DNA of 53,434 nucleotides. Source: an uncultured Pelagibacteraceae bacterium (GTDB taxonomy: Bacteria > Pseudomonadota > Alphaproteobacteria > Pelagibacterales > Pelagibacteraceae). Of the stretch, positions 1 to 8,643 are shown piece after piece. Location of the stretch: positions 1 to 53,434 of the forward strand of contig CABZPB010000001.1 of NCBI GenBank assembly GCA_902527485.1, written 5' to 3'. Position numbers and translations under genes: made by a program. The notes beneath the pieces are model-generated. The model saw only the letters and a program-made list of their open reading frames with translations, had not been told where the DNA came from and made no database searches. Position 1 is the first letter of the stretch. Each line of letters begins with the position of its first letter.

Positions 1-201
1 AGAACTTCAACTATTGCTTTAAATAAAGCAACACTTCCTTACTTAATTAAATTAGCAAATAAAGGTTATCAAAAAGCTCTTGAGGAAGATAAAAACTTTT
101 TAGCAGGATTAAATGTTCATAAGGGTCATGTGACTTATAAAGCTGTTGCAGATGTTTTCGGATATGAATACGTTAATCCTCGAGATGCAATCAAAAATTA
201 A
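1..201 (+). CDS. ald: Alanine dehydrogenase, C-terminal fragment (gene starts before the window)
   Basis: Frame 1 reads RTSTIALNKATLPYLIKLANKG...GLNVHKGHVTYKAVA...* (TAA 199-201), the typical Ald C-terminus. Not in the ORF track because it is partial. Confidence 0.9.
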   Translation, partial: RTSTIALNKATLPYLIKLANKGYQKALEEDKNFLAGLNVHKGHVTYKAVADVFGYEYVNPRDAIKN

Positions 202-205
202 CTAG

Positions 206-2650
206 ATGGAAAAAAAACTTCCAAGTAGCACTAAAGTTGTTGTTATAGGGGGTGGCGTGGTAGGTTGTTCAGTAGCTTACCACTTAGCTAAATTTGGATG
301 GAAAGATACAATTGTTGTTGAAAGAGATCAACTTACATCGGGTACAACTTGGCATGCAGCAGGATTAGTAAGTCAACTAGGTCCCTCTGCAGCAATTACT
401 AAAATTAGAAAATATACTTTAGATCTTTATAAAGAACTTGAAAAGAAAGTTGATCATTCTGCTGGACTAAGATTAAACGGCGCACTTTCAATTGCTGAAA
501 ATAAAGGCAGATGGCAAGAACTTCAAAGACAAGCAACAACTGCACAGCTCTTTGATGTAGATGTGAAAATTTTAGATAAGGATCAAATTAAAAAAAATTA
601 TCCAATTGTGAATACTGATGAAGTTTTAGGAGGTATTTTAATGCCAGGCGATGGTGCTGCAGATCCATCAGGCGTAACTCATATGTTGGCAAAAGCAGCT
701 AGATTGGAAGGTGCAAAGATTTTTGAAAAGTCTCCTGTAGATGAAATTTTAACTAAAAATGGAAAAATTTCTGGAGTAAAAGTAAACGGGCAAAAAATTG
801 ATTGTGAATATATTGTTTTAGCATCTGGAATGTGGTCACGCCAAATTGGAGAAAAAACTGGTGTAAGTATTCCTCTTTATCCCGCGGAACACTTTTACAT
901 TATTACTGAACCAATTGAAAACCTATCTAAAACTTTACCTGTAATAAGGGATTTTGATAATAGAACTTATATAAAAGAAGATGCTGGAAAAATATTATTG
1001 GGAATTTTTGAGTCAAAATCTATTCCAGCATGGAATAAAATCAATAAAGTTCCAGAGAATTTTTCCTTTGGGGAATTTCAGGAAAATTTTGAGCATTTTG
1101 AACCGTATTTAGCAACCGCAATTAAAAGATTTCCAGTCTTAGAAACAGCAGGAATTAGAAAATTTTTTTCAGGCCCTGAATCATTTACTCCGGATACTAA
1201 TACATTACTGGGTGAAGTGCCTGAAGTGAAAAATTTTTTTGTATCTTGCGGTTTAAATAGTATTGGAATTGGAAGTGGTGGCGGTGTCGGTAAGGTTACA
1301 GCTGAATGGTTAATCAACGGACATGTTAATGAAGATATTTTCTGTTATGATATTAAAAGATTTCAAAAATTTCATTCTGATCTTGGTTTTATTAAAAAAA
1401 GAATTACTGAATCATTAGGGGATTTATATGGAATGCATTGGCCTTATAAACAACACAACACTTCTAGAAACATAAAAACACTGCCATATCATGATGAATT
1501 AAAAAGTTTTGGTGCTTGTTTTGGTGTTGCCGGTGGATACGAGAGACCAATGTGGTTTGCTTTAGACGGTGAAAAAACAGAATACGAATACAGTTATGGT
1601 TATCAAAATTGGTACCCTTCAGTAGAATATGAAACAAGTAATACTATTAATAATGTTGGATTATTTGATTTAACTCCTTTTTCAAAATTTGAGATAAGAT
1701 CTAGTAAAGCTCACGAGGAATTACAAAAAATTTGTACAGCTAATATTAAAAATGAGTTAGGAAAATGTGTTTATACACATATGTTAAATCCTGATGGTGG
1801 TATTGAAGTTGATTTAACTGTTGTTTGTTTAAATAAAGATCACTTTAGAATAATAAGCTCTGCGGCAACACGAGAGAGAGATAAATTTCATATAAAAAAA
1901 TACCTTTCTAAAGATATAGAATTAAAGGATGTGACAGATAATTTATGTGTGCTTGGTTTGTTTGGTCCAAAAAGTAGAGATTTAATGAAAACCTTAAGCA
2001 CAGACAATTTTGAAAATGATCAATTTAAATTTGGAACTGCAAGATTTATTTTAGTTGATGGGATTAAAATCTGGGCACAAAGATTATCTTATGTGGGTGA
2101 ACTTGGTTATGAGCTTTATGTTGAAGTTAAAGATGCAAAAAAAATATACGAATTAATCATAAAAAAAGGTAAAGAATTTAACCTTAGTAACTGTGGCATG
2201 CATGCAATGGATATCATGCGAATGGAAAGTGGTTTTTTACATTGGGGCCATGATATTTCTCCTGAAGAAAATCAATATCAAGCAGGATTATCTTTTACAA
2301 TCAGCTCAAAAAAAGAATTTGATTTTATAGGTAAACAAGCGCTTGAAAAAATTAAACAAGACAAAGTTAAAACTAGATTTTCAATGTTTACTTTAAAAAA
2401 AAGTGAACCAGGAAAACCATTATTACTCCATGACGAACCAATTTATGAGGGTGAAAAAATTATTGGAAGATCTACATCAGGAAATTATTCATTTAATTTC
2501 AAAAAAAATTTAGTATTTGGGTATATTCTTAATAATTTTTCTAATGAAGAACTTTGTAATAGAAATTTATATATTGAAGTAGAAAAAAAGAAATATCCTA
2601 TAGAATTAATCGGCAAACCTTTAAAACAAACAAATTTTAAAAATAATTAG
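206..2650 (+). CDS. FAD-dependent oxidoreductase, sarcosine/dimethylglycine dehydrogenase (DAO + GcvT) family
   Basis: VVVIGGGVVG Rossmann motif, GTTWHAAG (covalent-FAD His region), GPESFTPD, then a GcvT folate-binding domain (LFDLTPFSKF, SYVGELGYELY, RMESGFLHWG). Exact substrate not determinable. Confidence 0.9.
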   Translation: MEKKLPSSTKVVVIGGGVVGCSVAYHLAKFGWKDTIVVERDQLTSGTTWHAAGLVSQLGPSAAITKIRKYTLDLYKELEKKVDHSAGLRLNGALSIAENKGRWQELQRQATTAQLFDVDVKILDKDQIKKNYPIVNTDEVLGGILMPGDGAADPSGVTHMLAKAARLEGAKIFEKSPVDEILTKNGKISGVKVNGQKIDCEYIVLASGMWSRQIGEKTGVSIPLYPAEHFYIITEPIENLSKTLPVIRDFDNRTYIKEDAGKILLGIFESKSIPAWNKINKVPENFSFGEFQENFEHFEPYLATAIKRFPVLETAGIRKFFSGPESFTPDTNTLLGEVPEVKNFFVSCGLNSIGIGSGGGVGKVTAEWLINGHVNEDIFCYDIKRFQKFHSDLGFIKKRITESLGDLYGMHWPYKQHNTSRNIKTLPYHDELKSFGACFGVAGGYERPMWFALDGEKTEYEYSYGYQNWYPSVEYETSNTINNVGLFDLTPFSKFEIRSSKAHEELQKICTANIKNELGKCVYTHMLNPDGGIEVDLTVVCLNKDHFRIISSAATRERDKFHIKKYLSKDIELKDVTDNLCVLGLFGPKSRDLMKTLSTDNFENDQFKFGTARFILVDGIKIWAQRLSYVGELGYELYVEVKDAKKIYELIIKKGKEFNLSNCGMHAMDIMRMESGFLHWGHDISPEENQYQAGLSFTISSKKEFDFIGKQALEKIKQDKVKTRFSMFTLKKSEPGKPLLLHDEPIYEGEKIIGRSTSGNYSFNFKKNLVFGYILNNFSNEELCNRNLYIEVEKKKYPIELIGKPLKQTNFKNN

Positions 2651-3498
2651 ACTTTATTTTTAATAAAAAAAACAAATATAAAACCAGTAATATACATAAT
2701 TATAGCATATGCAGCTGTTGGAGTTATATAGATTATATCTGTACCGAATATTTGTGTAGAAACAAAAATAGCTAATGCGCCATTTTGTAATCCACATTCC
2801 AAAGCAATACACTTTTGCTGTTTTACTCCTGAGGCAAAAGTTTTACCAAGATAATATGCTATCACCATCATTGTTATATTTAAGGTTAAAGTAATCAAAC
2901 CAGCTTTTATAAGAAAATTTATAAAATTTTCTCTTTCTTCGTAAAATGCAGCTATAAAAAAAATGATAAATAACAACAAATTAAGTTTTTCAAATATTTG
3001 AATTTTTGAATTAACAAAATTATCAGCAAATTTTCTTATAATCATTCCCAAGATAACTGGCACTGTTACAACTGTAAACATTTTTAGTGCTATACCAGAC
3101 ATTGAAATATTTTGAGAAATATTTGTTATTCCAAATAAGTCAGCGGATGTAAAAATTATAAGAGGAACCGTAATGATACTGATTAAACTAATAACAGCTG
3201 TTAAAGAAATAGACAAAGCAACATCTCCATTTGCAAACTTAGTTAATATATTTGACGTTACTCCTCCTGGTGCAGCAGCAATAATCATTACTCCAATCGC
3301 TATTTCTGGAGTTATTTTTAAAATGACAACTAGTGAATAAGCAACAAATGGAAGGATAATTAATTGCGAAAAAAAACCTATAAAAAAATCTTTTGGAGTT
3401 TTTAATACTCTCGTAAAATCATCAATTTTTAATCCTAAACCCAAACCCAACATTATTAATGCAAGTATGATAGGTGCGATTTTTGTTACTATTTCCAT
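2647..3498 (-). CDS. Bile acid:sodium symporter (BASS) family transporter
   Basis: IMLGLGL, Q-LIILP, AAAPGGVTSN, GDVALSISLT and ECGLQNG motifs; highly hydrophobic. Confidence 0.9.
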   Translation of the reverse strand: MEIVTKIAPIILALIMLGLGLGLKIDDFTRVLKTPKDFFIGFFSQLIILPFVAYSLVVILKITPEIAIGVMIIAAAPGGVTSNILTKFANGDVALSISLTAVISLISIITVPLIIFTSADLFGITNISQNISMSGIALKMFTVVTVPVILGMIIRKFADNFVNSKIQIFEKLNLLLFIIFFIAAFYEERENFINFLIKAGLITLTLNITMMVIAYYLGKTFASGVKQQKCIALECGLQNGALAIFVSTQIFGTDIIYITPTAAYAIIMYITGFIFVFFIKNKV

Positions 3499-3564
3499 TT
3501 TTTACCTAGATGAAATTAATAAATTTTTAATACTATATATATAAAGATTACGAAAAAAAGGTTT

Positions 3565-4542
3565 TTATAAAATCGTAAGAAGATTTAAAACTTTACGTAT
3601 AAACTTTGCTTTAAACCAAAAAACTTCTGTTTGATAGGGTAAAATTTTTTTAAAATTCATTGAAGATAAAACATATTGTTTTTTTGAATTTATCTTAACC
3701 AAATCTTCTTTTAACAAGTATTGGCATTTTCTAATAACTGTCGCGCGAGGGATACTTGTCATATCTGAAATTGACATTGCACTTATACCAGCATTTGATC
3801 CTAGATTATCTATAAGAACATTGTTTGTTTTAAAGAAGTTTAAAGATGTTTTATTATTACTTGTGTCTAATTGCTTTGAAACATTTAAAACTTGGTTCAT
3901 TGCAACTGTTCCCCAAATATGAAAAGTTGTTAAATCTTTCATAAACTTATGGTATCCAATAACTAAAGGAATTTGCATTCTGTAAAACCACCTCCAACAT
4001 AAGGTAAATCTTTTTTTTATAATATTTTCAATCGTTTTTTGATCAAGTTTTTTGGAATAAACCCTATTTTTGTTTAAAGCTTTTGAAACTAAATAAATGT
4101 ATTTTGATGAAAATTTAATTTGGGTTTCTGGTTTTACGATCTTGAATGCTTTTCTATCAATTATGATTTTTTTTTTGATACGTGTTATAACTCCCTCTTT
4201 TTCAAGTTCTAAAACCTTTCTTCTGACCGTTTCTTTTGGCAAATCCAATTTTTGACAAAGTTCTATAATACTAAACTTTTCAATTTCTAGATACGATTTT
4301 GAGTAATATTCATCATAATCGCACTGAATATTCATTTGGTCATAGAACTGTAGAGTCTTTTCAATTAAAGAAATTATTATCATGTGTTTATAATGATCAT
4401 TAAATGACCCATAAACATTGTTCATCCAATTCCATTGATGAGATATCCAATCTTTACTTAGATCAGAGTAATTAGACATAATTATATTATATACCTTTTC
4501 ATCAGTGAGAGTTTTGGAAAAATCTATTTCTTGTATATTCAT
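3565..4542 (-). CDS. Uncharacterised protein with two winged helix-turn-helix domains (putative transcription regulator)
   Basis: Two related wHTH-like segments: FSIIELCQKLDLPKETVRRKVLELEKEGVITR and ISAMSISDMTSIPRATVIRKCQYLLKEDLVK. ATG at 4542 is preferred over TTG at 4587, which coincides with a TTGACA hexamer. Confidence 0.75.
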   Translation of the reverse strand: MNIQEIDFSKTLTDEKVYNIIMSNYSDLSKDWISHQWNWMNNVYGSFNDHYKHMIIISLIEKTLQFYDQMNIQCDYDEYYSKSYLEIEKFSIIELCQKLDLPKETVRRKVLELEKEGVITRIKKKIIIDRKAFKIVKPETQIKFSSKYIYLVSKALNKNRVYSKKLDQKTIENIIKKRFTLCWRWFYRMQIPLVIGYHKFMKDLTTFHIWGTVAMNQVLNVSKQLDTSNNKTSLNFFKTNNVLIDNLGSNAGISAMSISDMTSIPRATVIRKCQYLLKEDLVKINSKKQYVLSSMNFKKILPYQTEVFWFKAKFIRKVLNLLTIL

Positions 4543-4564
4543 AATTGAGAATTTTATTAATAGA

Positions 4565-4610
4565 GACCCAAATTGAACAGTTGTCAAATAATAAGTGACC
4601 CAATTTGAAC
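4565..4610. promoter_or_regulatory. Pair of 14-bp direct repeats (candidate operator) in the divergent intergenic region
   Basis: GACCCAAATTGAAC (4565-4578) and GACCCAATTTGAAC (4597-4610): 13/14 identical, 32 bp start-to-start. A minus-strand TTGACA (4587-4582) lies between them. Confidence 0.65.
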
Positions 4611-4619
4611 TTTTTTTAA

Positions 4620-4648
4620 TTGTTCGTGTGCAAAAGAAATGTTTTAAT
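4620..4648 (+). promoter_or_regulatory. Putative sigma70 promoter of the first small gene (near-leaderless)
   Basis: TTGTTC (4620-4625), 17 nt including TG at 4640-4641, then TTTAAT (4643-4648). ATG follows at 4654 with no SD. Confidence 0.4.
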
Positions 4649-4653
4649 ATATC

Positions 4654-4884
4654 ATGAATTACAAAGGTCTTACGAATAAAAGTGATAAAATTGAAATCTC
4701 AAATGATATTGATGTTTCTAAAAAGCCTTTAAATTCAGAAAAAATTAATTCTGGCAGAGTTGACATTAATGTCTTGAAGTCAAAATTGGAGGCTCAACAA
4801 GGTAAAGAGTTTAGAAAAAATATTTTTATCTTTTCATTTTGCGTTCTACTACTAAGTTCAATTGGAATATTTTTATCTCTATAA
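4654..4884 (+). CDS. Small hypothetical protein with C-terminal membrane anchor (RxDINVL motif), paralog 1
   Basis: 76 aa: polar N-terminus, SGRVDINVLKSKL, EFRK, then a ~20-aa hydrophobic tail. Aligns without gaps to the next ORF. Confidence 0.75.
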   Translation: MNYKGLTNKSDKIEISNDIDVSKKPLNSEKINSGRVDINVLKSKLEAQQGKEFRKNIFIFSFCVLLLSSIGIFLSL

Positions 4885-4890
4885 TTTTAT

Positions 4891-4919
4891 TTGCCATTTA
4901 AATCAAACGATGGTTTAAT
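4891..4919 (+). promoter_or_regulatory. Putative sigma70 promoter of the second small gene (leaderless)
   Basis: TTGCCA (4891-4896), 17 nt ending TGG, then TTTAAT (4914-4919). ATG at 4927 sits at the expected +1. Confidence 0.5.
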
Positions 4920-4926
4920 ATTCTAA

Positions 4927-5136
4927 ATGAAAAATTTAACTAACCCGCTTAAACAAAGGCTGGTTTCAAAATATAATGTTTCTGATAGTCCACAATCTGA
5001 TTCTAGAAGGACAGATATTAATGTACTCTTAAACAGAGTAAAATCTAATAGAAAAGAAGAGGCTAGAAAAAAATTTTATTTTTCAGCAGCAGCTTCTACA
5101 TGTTTGATTTTATTTGGGCTTGTAATTTTTACCTAA
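4927..5136 (+). CDS. Small hypothetical protein with C-terminal membrane anchor (RxDINVL motif), paralog 2
   Basis: 69 aa: SRRTDINVLLNRV, EARK, then a hydrophobic tail. Confidence 0.75.
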   Translation: MKNLTNPLKQRLVSKYNVSDSPQSDSRRTDINVLLNRVKSNRKEEARKKFYFSAAASTCLILFGLVIFT

Positions 5137-5227
5137 AATTAGTCAATTACACTAATTTAACATTAATTTAATGATTAATTATTATTGAATCAAATTTAAT
5201 AAATATTATAAATCAACAAAGTCAAAA

Positions 5228-5304
5228 GGCGGGGTAGCTCAGTTGGTTAGAGCGCGGGACTCATAAGCCCGAGGTCAGTGGTTCGATCCCACTTCCCGCT
5301 ACCA
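5228..5304 (+). tRNA. tRNA-Met (CAT), probably elongator
   Basis: GGCGGGG acceptor stem pairing with TCCCGCT, GCTC/GAGC D stem, anticodon loop CTCATAA, AGTGG-TTCGATC-CCACT T arm, encoded CCA. Lacks the C1 start typical of the initiator tRNA. Confidence 0.93.
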
Positions 5305-5306
5305 AT

Positions 5307-6749
5307 TTAGTCCTGTTTTATAATCGACTTTAAATTAATACTATTAAAAGATTTTTCGCTTGTTATTTGATAATCAAGAAATTTTGATGGTAATTCACAG
5401 TCAAAACCATTTAAATCATTCAAACAAATTACCCAATACTTATTAGAATATTTTTCTAGATCTAGAGTTAAATAGTTAAAATATTGTATATTTAAATTTT
5501 CAATTTTAGAGTAATTATTTAAGTAATTTTCAAAAGAATTTGAAATTTCTTTTTTTGATAAATATGTTTTTTCCAAATTTAATGTGACGTAAGTATTTGA
5601 TGACTCATTTATTTCTAATAATACCGATTTCAAATCAGGTTTATGTACAGGTCTATCTTTTATGAATTGTTTAAATGTCGTTTCAGTAAAAAAATTACCT
5701 ATAGTAAATATTATTAACACTGAAGAAAAAAATAGCCTTATTTTTTTAGATTTAATTTTATCTATTAGAATTACCACTAACAAAACTATAATAAAAACTA
5801 AGTAAATTAAATATCTATCAACTACTGCTGGACTTATCAAGTAAGAATAAATTATTGGTATTAAATAAGAAAAAAATAAGGAAATTAATAAAAATATTTC
5901 AAAATTTGATTCAAATAAAATGTTCTTAATATATCTCGACAACAAAAAGAGAAATACTAAAAGATAAATACCACCTACCAATCTTGACCCAAAAAATTTT
6001 GAAAAGAAAAAATTTGTAAAAAATTTCCAGTCTATATTTTCAATCCAAATTGGTTGGTGTGTTGTATTTAAAATAAAAAAAATTATGAATAAAACTGAAA
6101 AACAATTTATTATTATCAGAATACTAATTAATCTTGTATCTAAATTTTTCTTTTTTTTCAAAAAATATTCATAAATAAAAAATATATTATATGAAAAAAT
6201 TATAATTAATGAAAAAGGATGAGTAAATATTAATAAAATACTTGATATCAAAAAAAGAAAAAAATTCAAATTTGATAAAGAATTTCTAAAATTTACAACT
6301 TTATAAAAATAATAAATGTTAATTATAAAAACAAATAGATACCATGAATACAATCTAAGCTCCTGAGAATACTTTATTAAATAAATATTAAATGCAAGTA
6401 GGATAAATAAGAGAAGTGGTGATTTCCCTTTTAACGTTTTTGTAAAAAAAAATATCAAAAAAAAGATAGATAAAGAATTTAATATTGATGGAAGGTATCT
6501 TGCTATTGAGGGGTCATATCCAAAAATCTGAAAATAGTTTCTTAAAATTAAATTAAATAAAAAAGGAGAATTTTCTAAAGTTTTATGTCTATAATAAAAT
6601 TCACCCAGTGTAATAGATGGTTCAGATATGTAAAAACTTATAATTTCATCGATCCAAAAATCATCATAATTTATGTTATATAACCTGAGTAGAATTGTTA
6701 TAAATATCAATGTTGAATAATATAATAGATTTAAATTAATCTTATTCAT
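5307..6749 (-). CDS. Polytopic membrane glycosyltransferase, GT-C fold (ArnT/PMT, GT39/GT83-like)
   Basis: LRLYNINYDDFWIDE (first-loop DE motif), SPFLF, YSQELRLY and DRYL motifs; many TM segments. Confidence 0.75.
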   Translation of the reverse strand: MNKINLNLLYYSTLIFITILLRLYNINYDDFWIDEIISFYISEPSITLGEFYYRHKTLENSPFLFNLILRNYFQIFGYDPSIARYLPSILNSLSIFFLIFFFTKTLKGKSPLLLFILLAFNIYLIKYSQELRLYSWYLFVFIINIYYFYKVVNFRNSLSNLNFFLFLISSILLIFTHPFSLIIIFSYNIFFIYEYFLKKKKNLDTRLISILIIINCFSVLFIIFFILNTTHQPIWIENIDWKFFTNFFFSKFFGSRLVGGIYLLVFLFLLSRYIKNILFESNFEIFLLISLFFSYLIPIIYSYLISPAVVDRYLIYLVFIIVLLVVILIDKIKSKKIRLFFSSVLIIFTIGNFFTETTFKQFIKDRPVHKPDLKSVLLEINESSNTYVTLNLEKTYLSKKEISNSFENYLNNYSKIENLNIQYFNYLTLDLEKYSNKYWVICLNDLNGFDCELPSKFLDYQITSEKSFNSINLKSIIKQD

Positions 6750-6779
6750 AATGATTGGTTTATTACAGATAATGAAATT

Positions 6780-7793
6780 GTGAAATCAAAAATTTTAATC
6801 ACAGGTTCCCAAGGATTTATTGGAAAAATATTAGTCAATAAATTAAAAAATACCGAAAAATTAGTATTAATTGATAAAAAAAAAAATTTATCAAATCAAA
6901 AAAATTTCTATCGAATTAATCTATTTAATTTAGATGAACTTGAGAAAATATTTAAAAAAAATAAAATTAATACAATCATACATCTGGCTTCAGAAATCTT
7001 TGATGATGATAAAAATGTTTACAATTATAATGTAACAACATCGAAAAATTTAATTTTAATGGGACAGAAATATAAGATTAAAAACTTTATATTTACTTCT
7101 ACCTTCTCAATTTTTGAGAAAAATTACATCAAACCTATACTCGAAAACGAGTCCCCAAGTGCAAAAAATTTATACGGTAAATCTAAATATAAAGTAGAGA
7201 AAATACTAGAAAGATCTAATTTTAAAAATTACATTATTTTAAGAGTACCCATAGTTGTTGGTAAATCTAGGAGTCATAGAATGGGAATTCTTTTTGAAAT
7301 GATTAGAAATAATTTTCCATTATTCCTTATTGGCAATGGAAATAACAGAATTCAATTTATTCAAGTTGATTACTTATGTTTAATTATTAAAAAATGTTTA
7401 AGCCTTAAAAAAAAGGTTATATTAAATGTTGGAACAAAAAAATCTTTTACTTTCAAAGAAAATTTATTACATATAATAAAAAATTCTAAATCTAAGTCAA
7501 AAATTTTTCATATAAACTATTATTTAGGAAGTTTAGCTTTAAATTTGTTAATTTTTTTTAAGCTTATTGATATAAATTATTATCATAAGGCATTACTTAC
7601 AAAAAATATTGTTTTGAACACAAATAAAGTTTTTAAGATACTGAAATTAAATTTTAATAGATCTAGCAAAGACATACTTTTAGAAAATTATAATTATTAT
7701 GTGAAAAATTTGGAAAGAATAAGTAAAATTAAGTCTGGTTCAGATAAAAAACCAAATTTAAAAATTTTAAATATCTTTAGATTAATCTCCTGA
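6780..7793 (+). CDS. NAD-dependent epimerase/dehydratase (extended SDR)
   Basis: ILITGSQGFIG, IIHLAS, FIFTST and the YGKSK catalytic motif; GTG start. Confidence 0.88.
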   Translation: MKSKILITGSQGFIGKILVNKLKNTEKLVLIDKKKNLSNQKNFYRINLFNLDELEKIFKKNKINTIIHLASEIFDDDKNVYNYNVTTSKNLILMGQKYKIKNFIFTSTFSIFEKNYIKPILENESPSAKNLYGKSKYKVEKILERSNFKNYIILRVPIVVGKSRSHRMGILFEMIRNNFPLFLIGNGNNRIQFIQVDYLCLIIKKCLSLKKKVILNVGTKKSFTFKENLLHIIKNSKSKSKIFHINYYLGSLALNLLIFFKLIDINYYHKALLTKNIVLNTNKVFKILKLNFNRSSKDILLENYNYYVKNLERISKIKSGSDKKPNLKILNIFRLIS

Positions 7794-8643
7794 GATAAGA
7801 TGAATATTCACAATTACCATAAAACTTTATAGAGTCTTTAATATTTTTTTTATTAATCCATTTGTTATTAAACGAAATTTCTTCTAAGCAGGCTATCTTT
7901 AAACCTTGTCGATTTTCAATAGCAGATACAAATGCTGATGTTTTATAAAAGTCTTCGATAGAACCTGTGTCTAACCAGGCTCCACCTCTTCCAATGATAT
8001 CTGCACTTAATTGCTTTTTAGATTTGTAAAAATTTAATAAATCAATAATTTCTATCTCACCTCTTTTTGACGGCTTTAGTTTTTTTGCTAGTTTAACCAC
8101 CTTATTATCAAAAAAGTATAATCCTGTTATTGCTAAATCTGATAAGAATTTTTTAGGTTTTTCTCTTATTGATAAAATTTTATTTTTTTTATCTACTTTA
8201 GCTACACCAAATGCCTCAGGGTGCTGAACTTTATGTAATATAACTCTTGCACCTTTTTTTATTTTAGTATTTGCTAAGAGTTTTGAAGTAAGATTTTGAC
8301 CATAAAAAAAATTATCTCCTAAAATCATTGCTACATTATCTTTGCCAATAAATTTTTCCCCAATTATAAATGCATCAGGTAGTCCTCTAGGTTTATCTTG
8401 TTCCAAGTAAGTTATTTTTATTCCTAAATTATCCCCATTTGGAATTAGTTTTTTATATTGATATAATTGTCCTTTATTAACAATTATTAAAATATCTTTT
8501 ATTCCTGCTAGCATTAAAATTGATAATGGATAAAAAATTAATGGTTTATCGTAAATTGGAAGAAGTTGCTTATTGACTGCTTTAGTTAAAGGACTCATTC
8601 TTGTGCCTTTCCCACCTGCTAAAATAATTCCTTTTTTAATCAT
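7777..8643 (-). CDS. rfbA: Glucose-1-phosphate thymidylyltransferase
   Basis: GIILAGGKGTRM, KQLLPIYDKP, LGDNFFYG, EKP and WLDTG motifs. Confidence 0.95.
   Translation of the reverse strand: MIKKGIILAGGKGTRMSPLTKAVNKQLLPIYDKPLIFYPLSILMLAGIKDILIIVNKGQLYQYKKLIPNGDNLGIKITYLEQDKPRGLPDAFIIGEKFIGKDNVAMILGDNFFYGQNLTSKLLANTKIKKGARVILHKVQHPEAFGVAKVDKKNKILSIREKPKKFLSDLAITGLYFFDNKVVKLAKKLKPSKRGEIEIIDLLNFYKSKKQLSADIIGRGGAWLDTGSIEDFYKTSAFVSAIENRQGLKIACLEEISFNNKWINKKNIKDSIKFYGNCEYSSYLRRLI

Noticed and set aside
4565-4610. Direct repeats as a mini-CRISPR or plasmid iteron origin
   Set aside because: Only two 14-bp copies with an 18-bp gap, no cas genes and a chromosomal context; an operator is more parsimonious.
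5136-5158. Inverted repeat AAATTAGT-N7-ACTAATTT after the second small gene
   Set aside because: Only one G-C pair and no clear U-tract; too weak to call a terminator.
5157-5171. TTAA-N7-TTAA resembling a CtrA box upstream of the tRNA
   Set aside because: An all-A/T motif in near-pure AT sequence is expected by chance, and there is no evidence for CtrA here.
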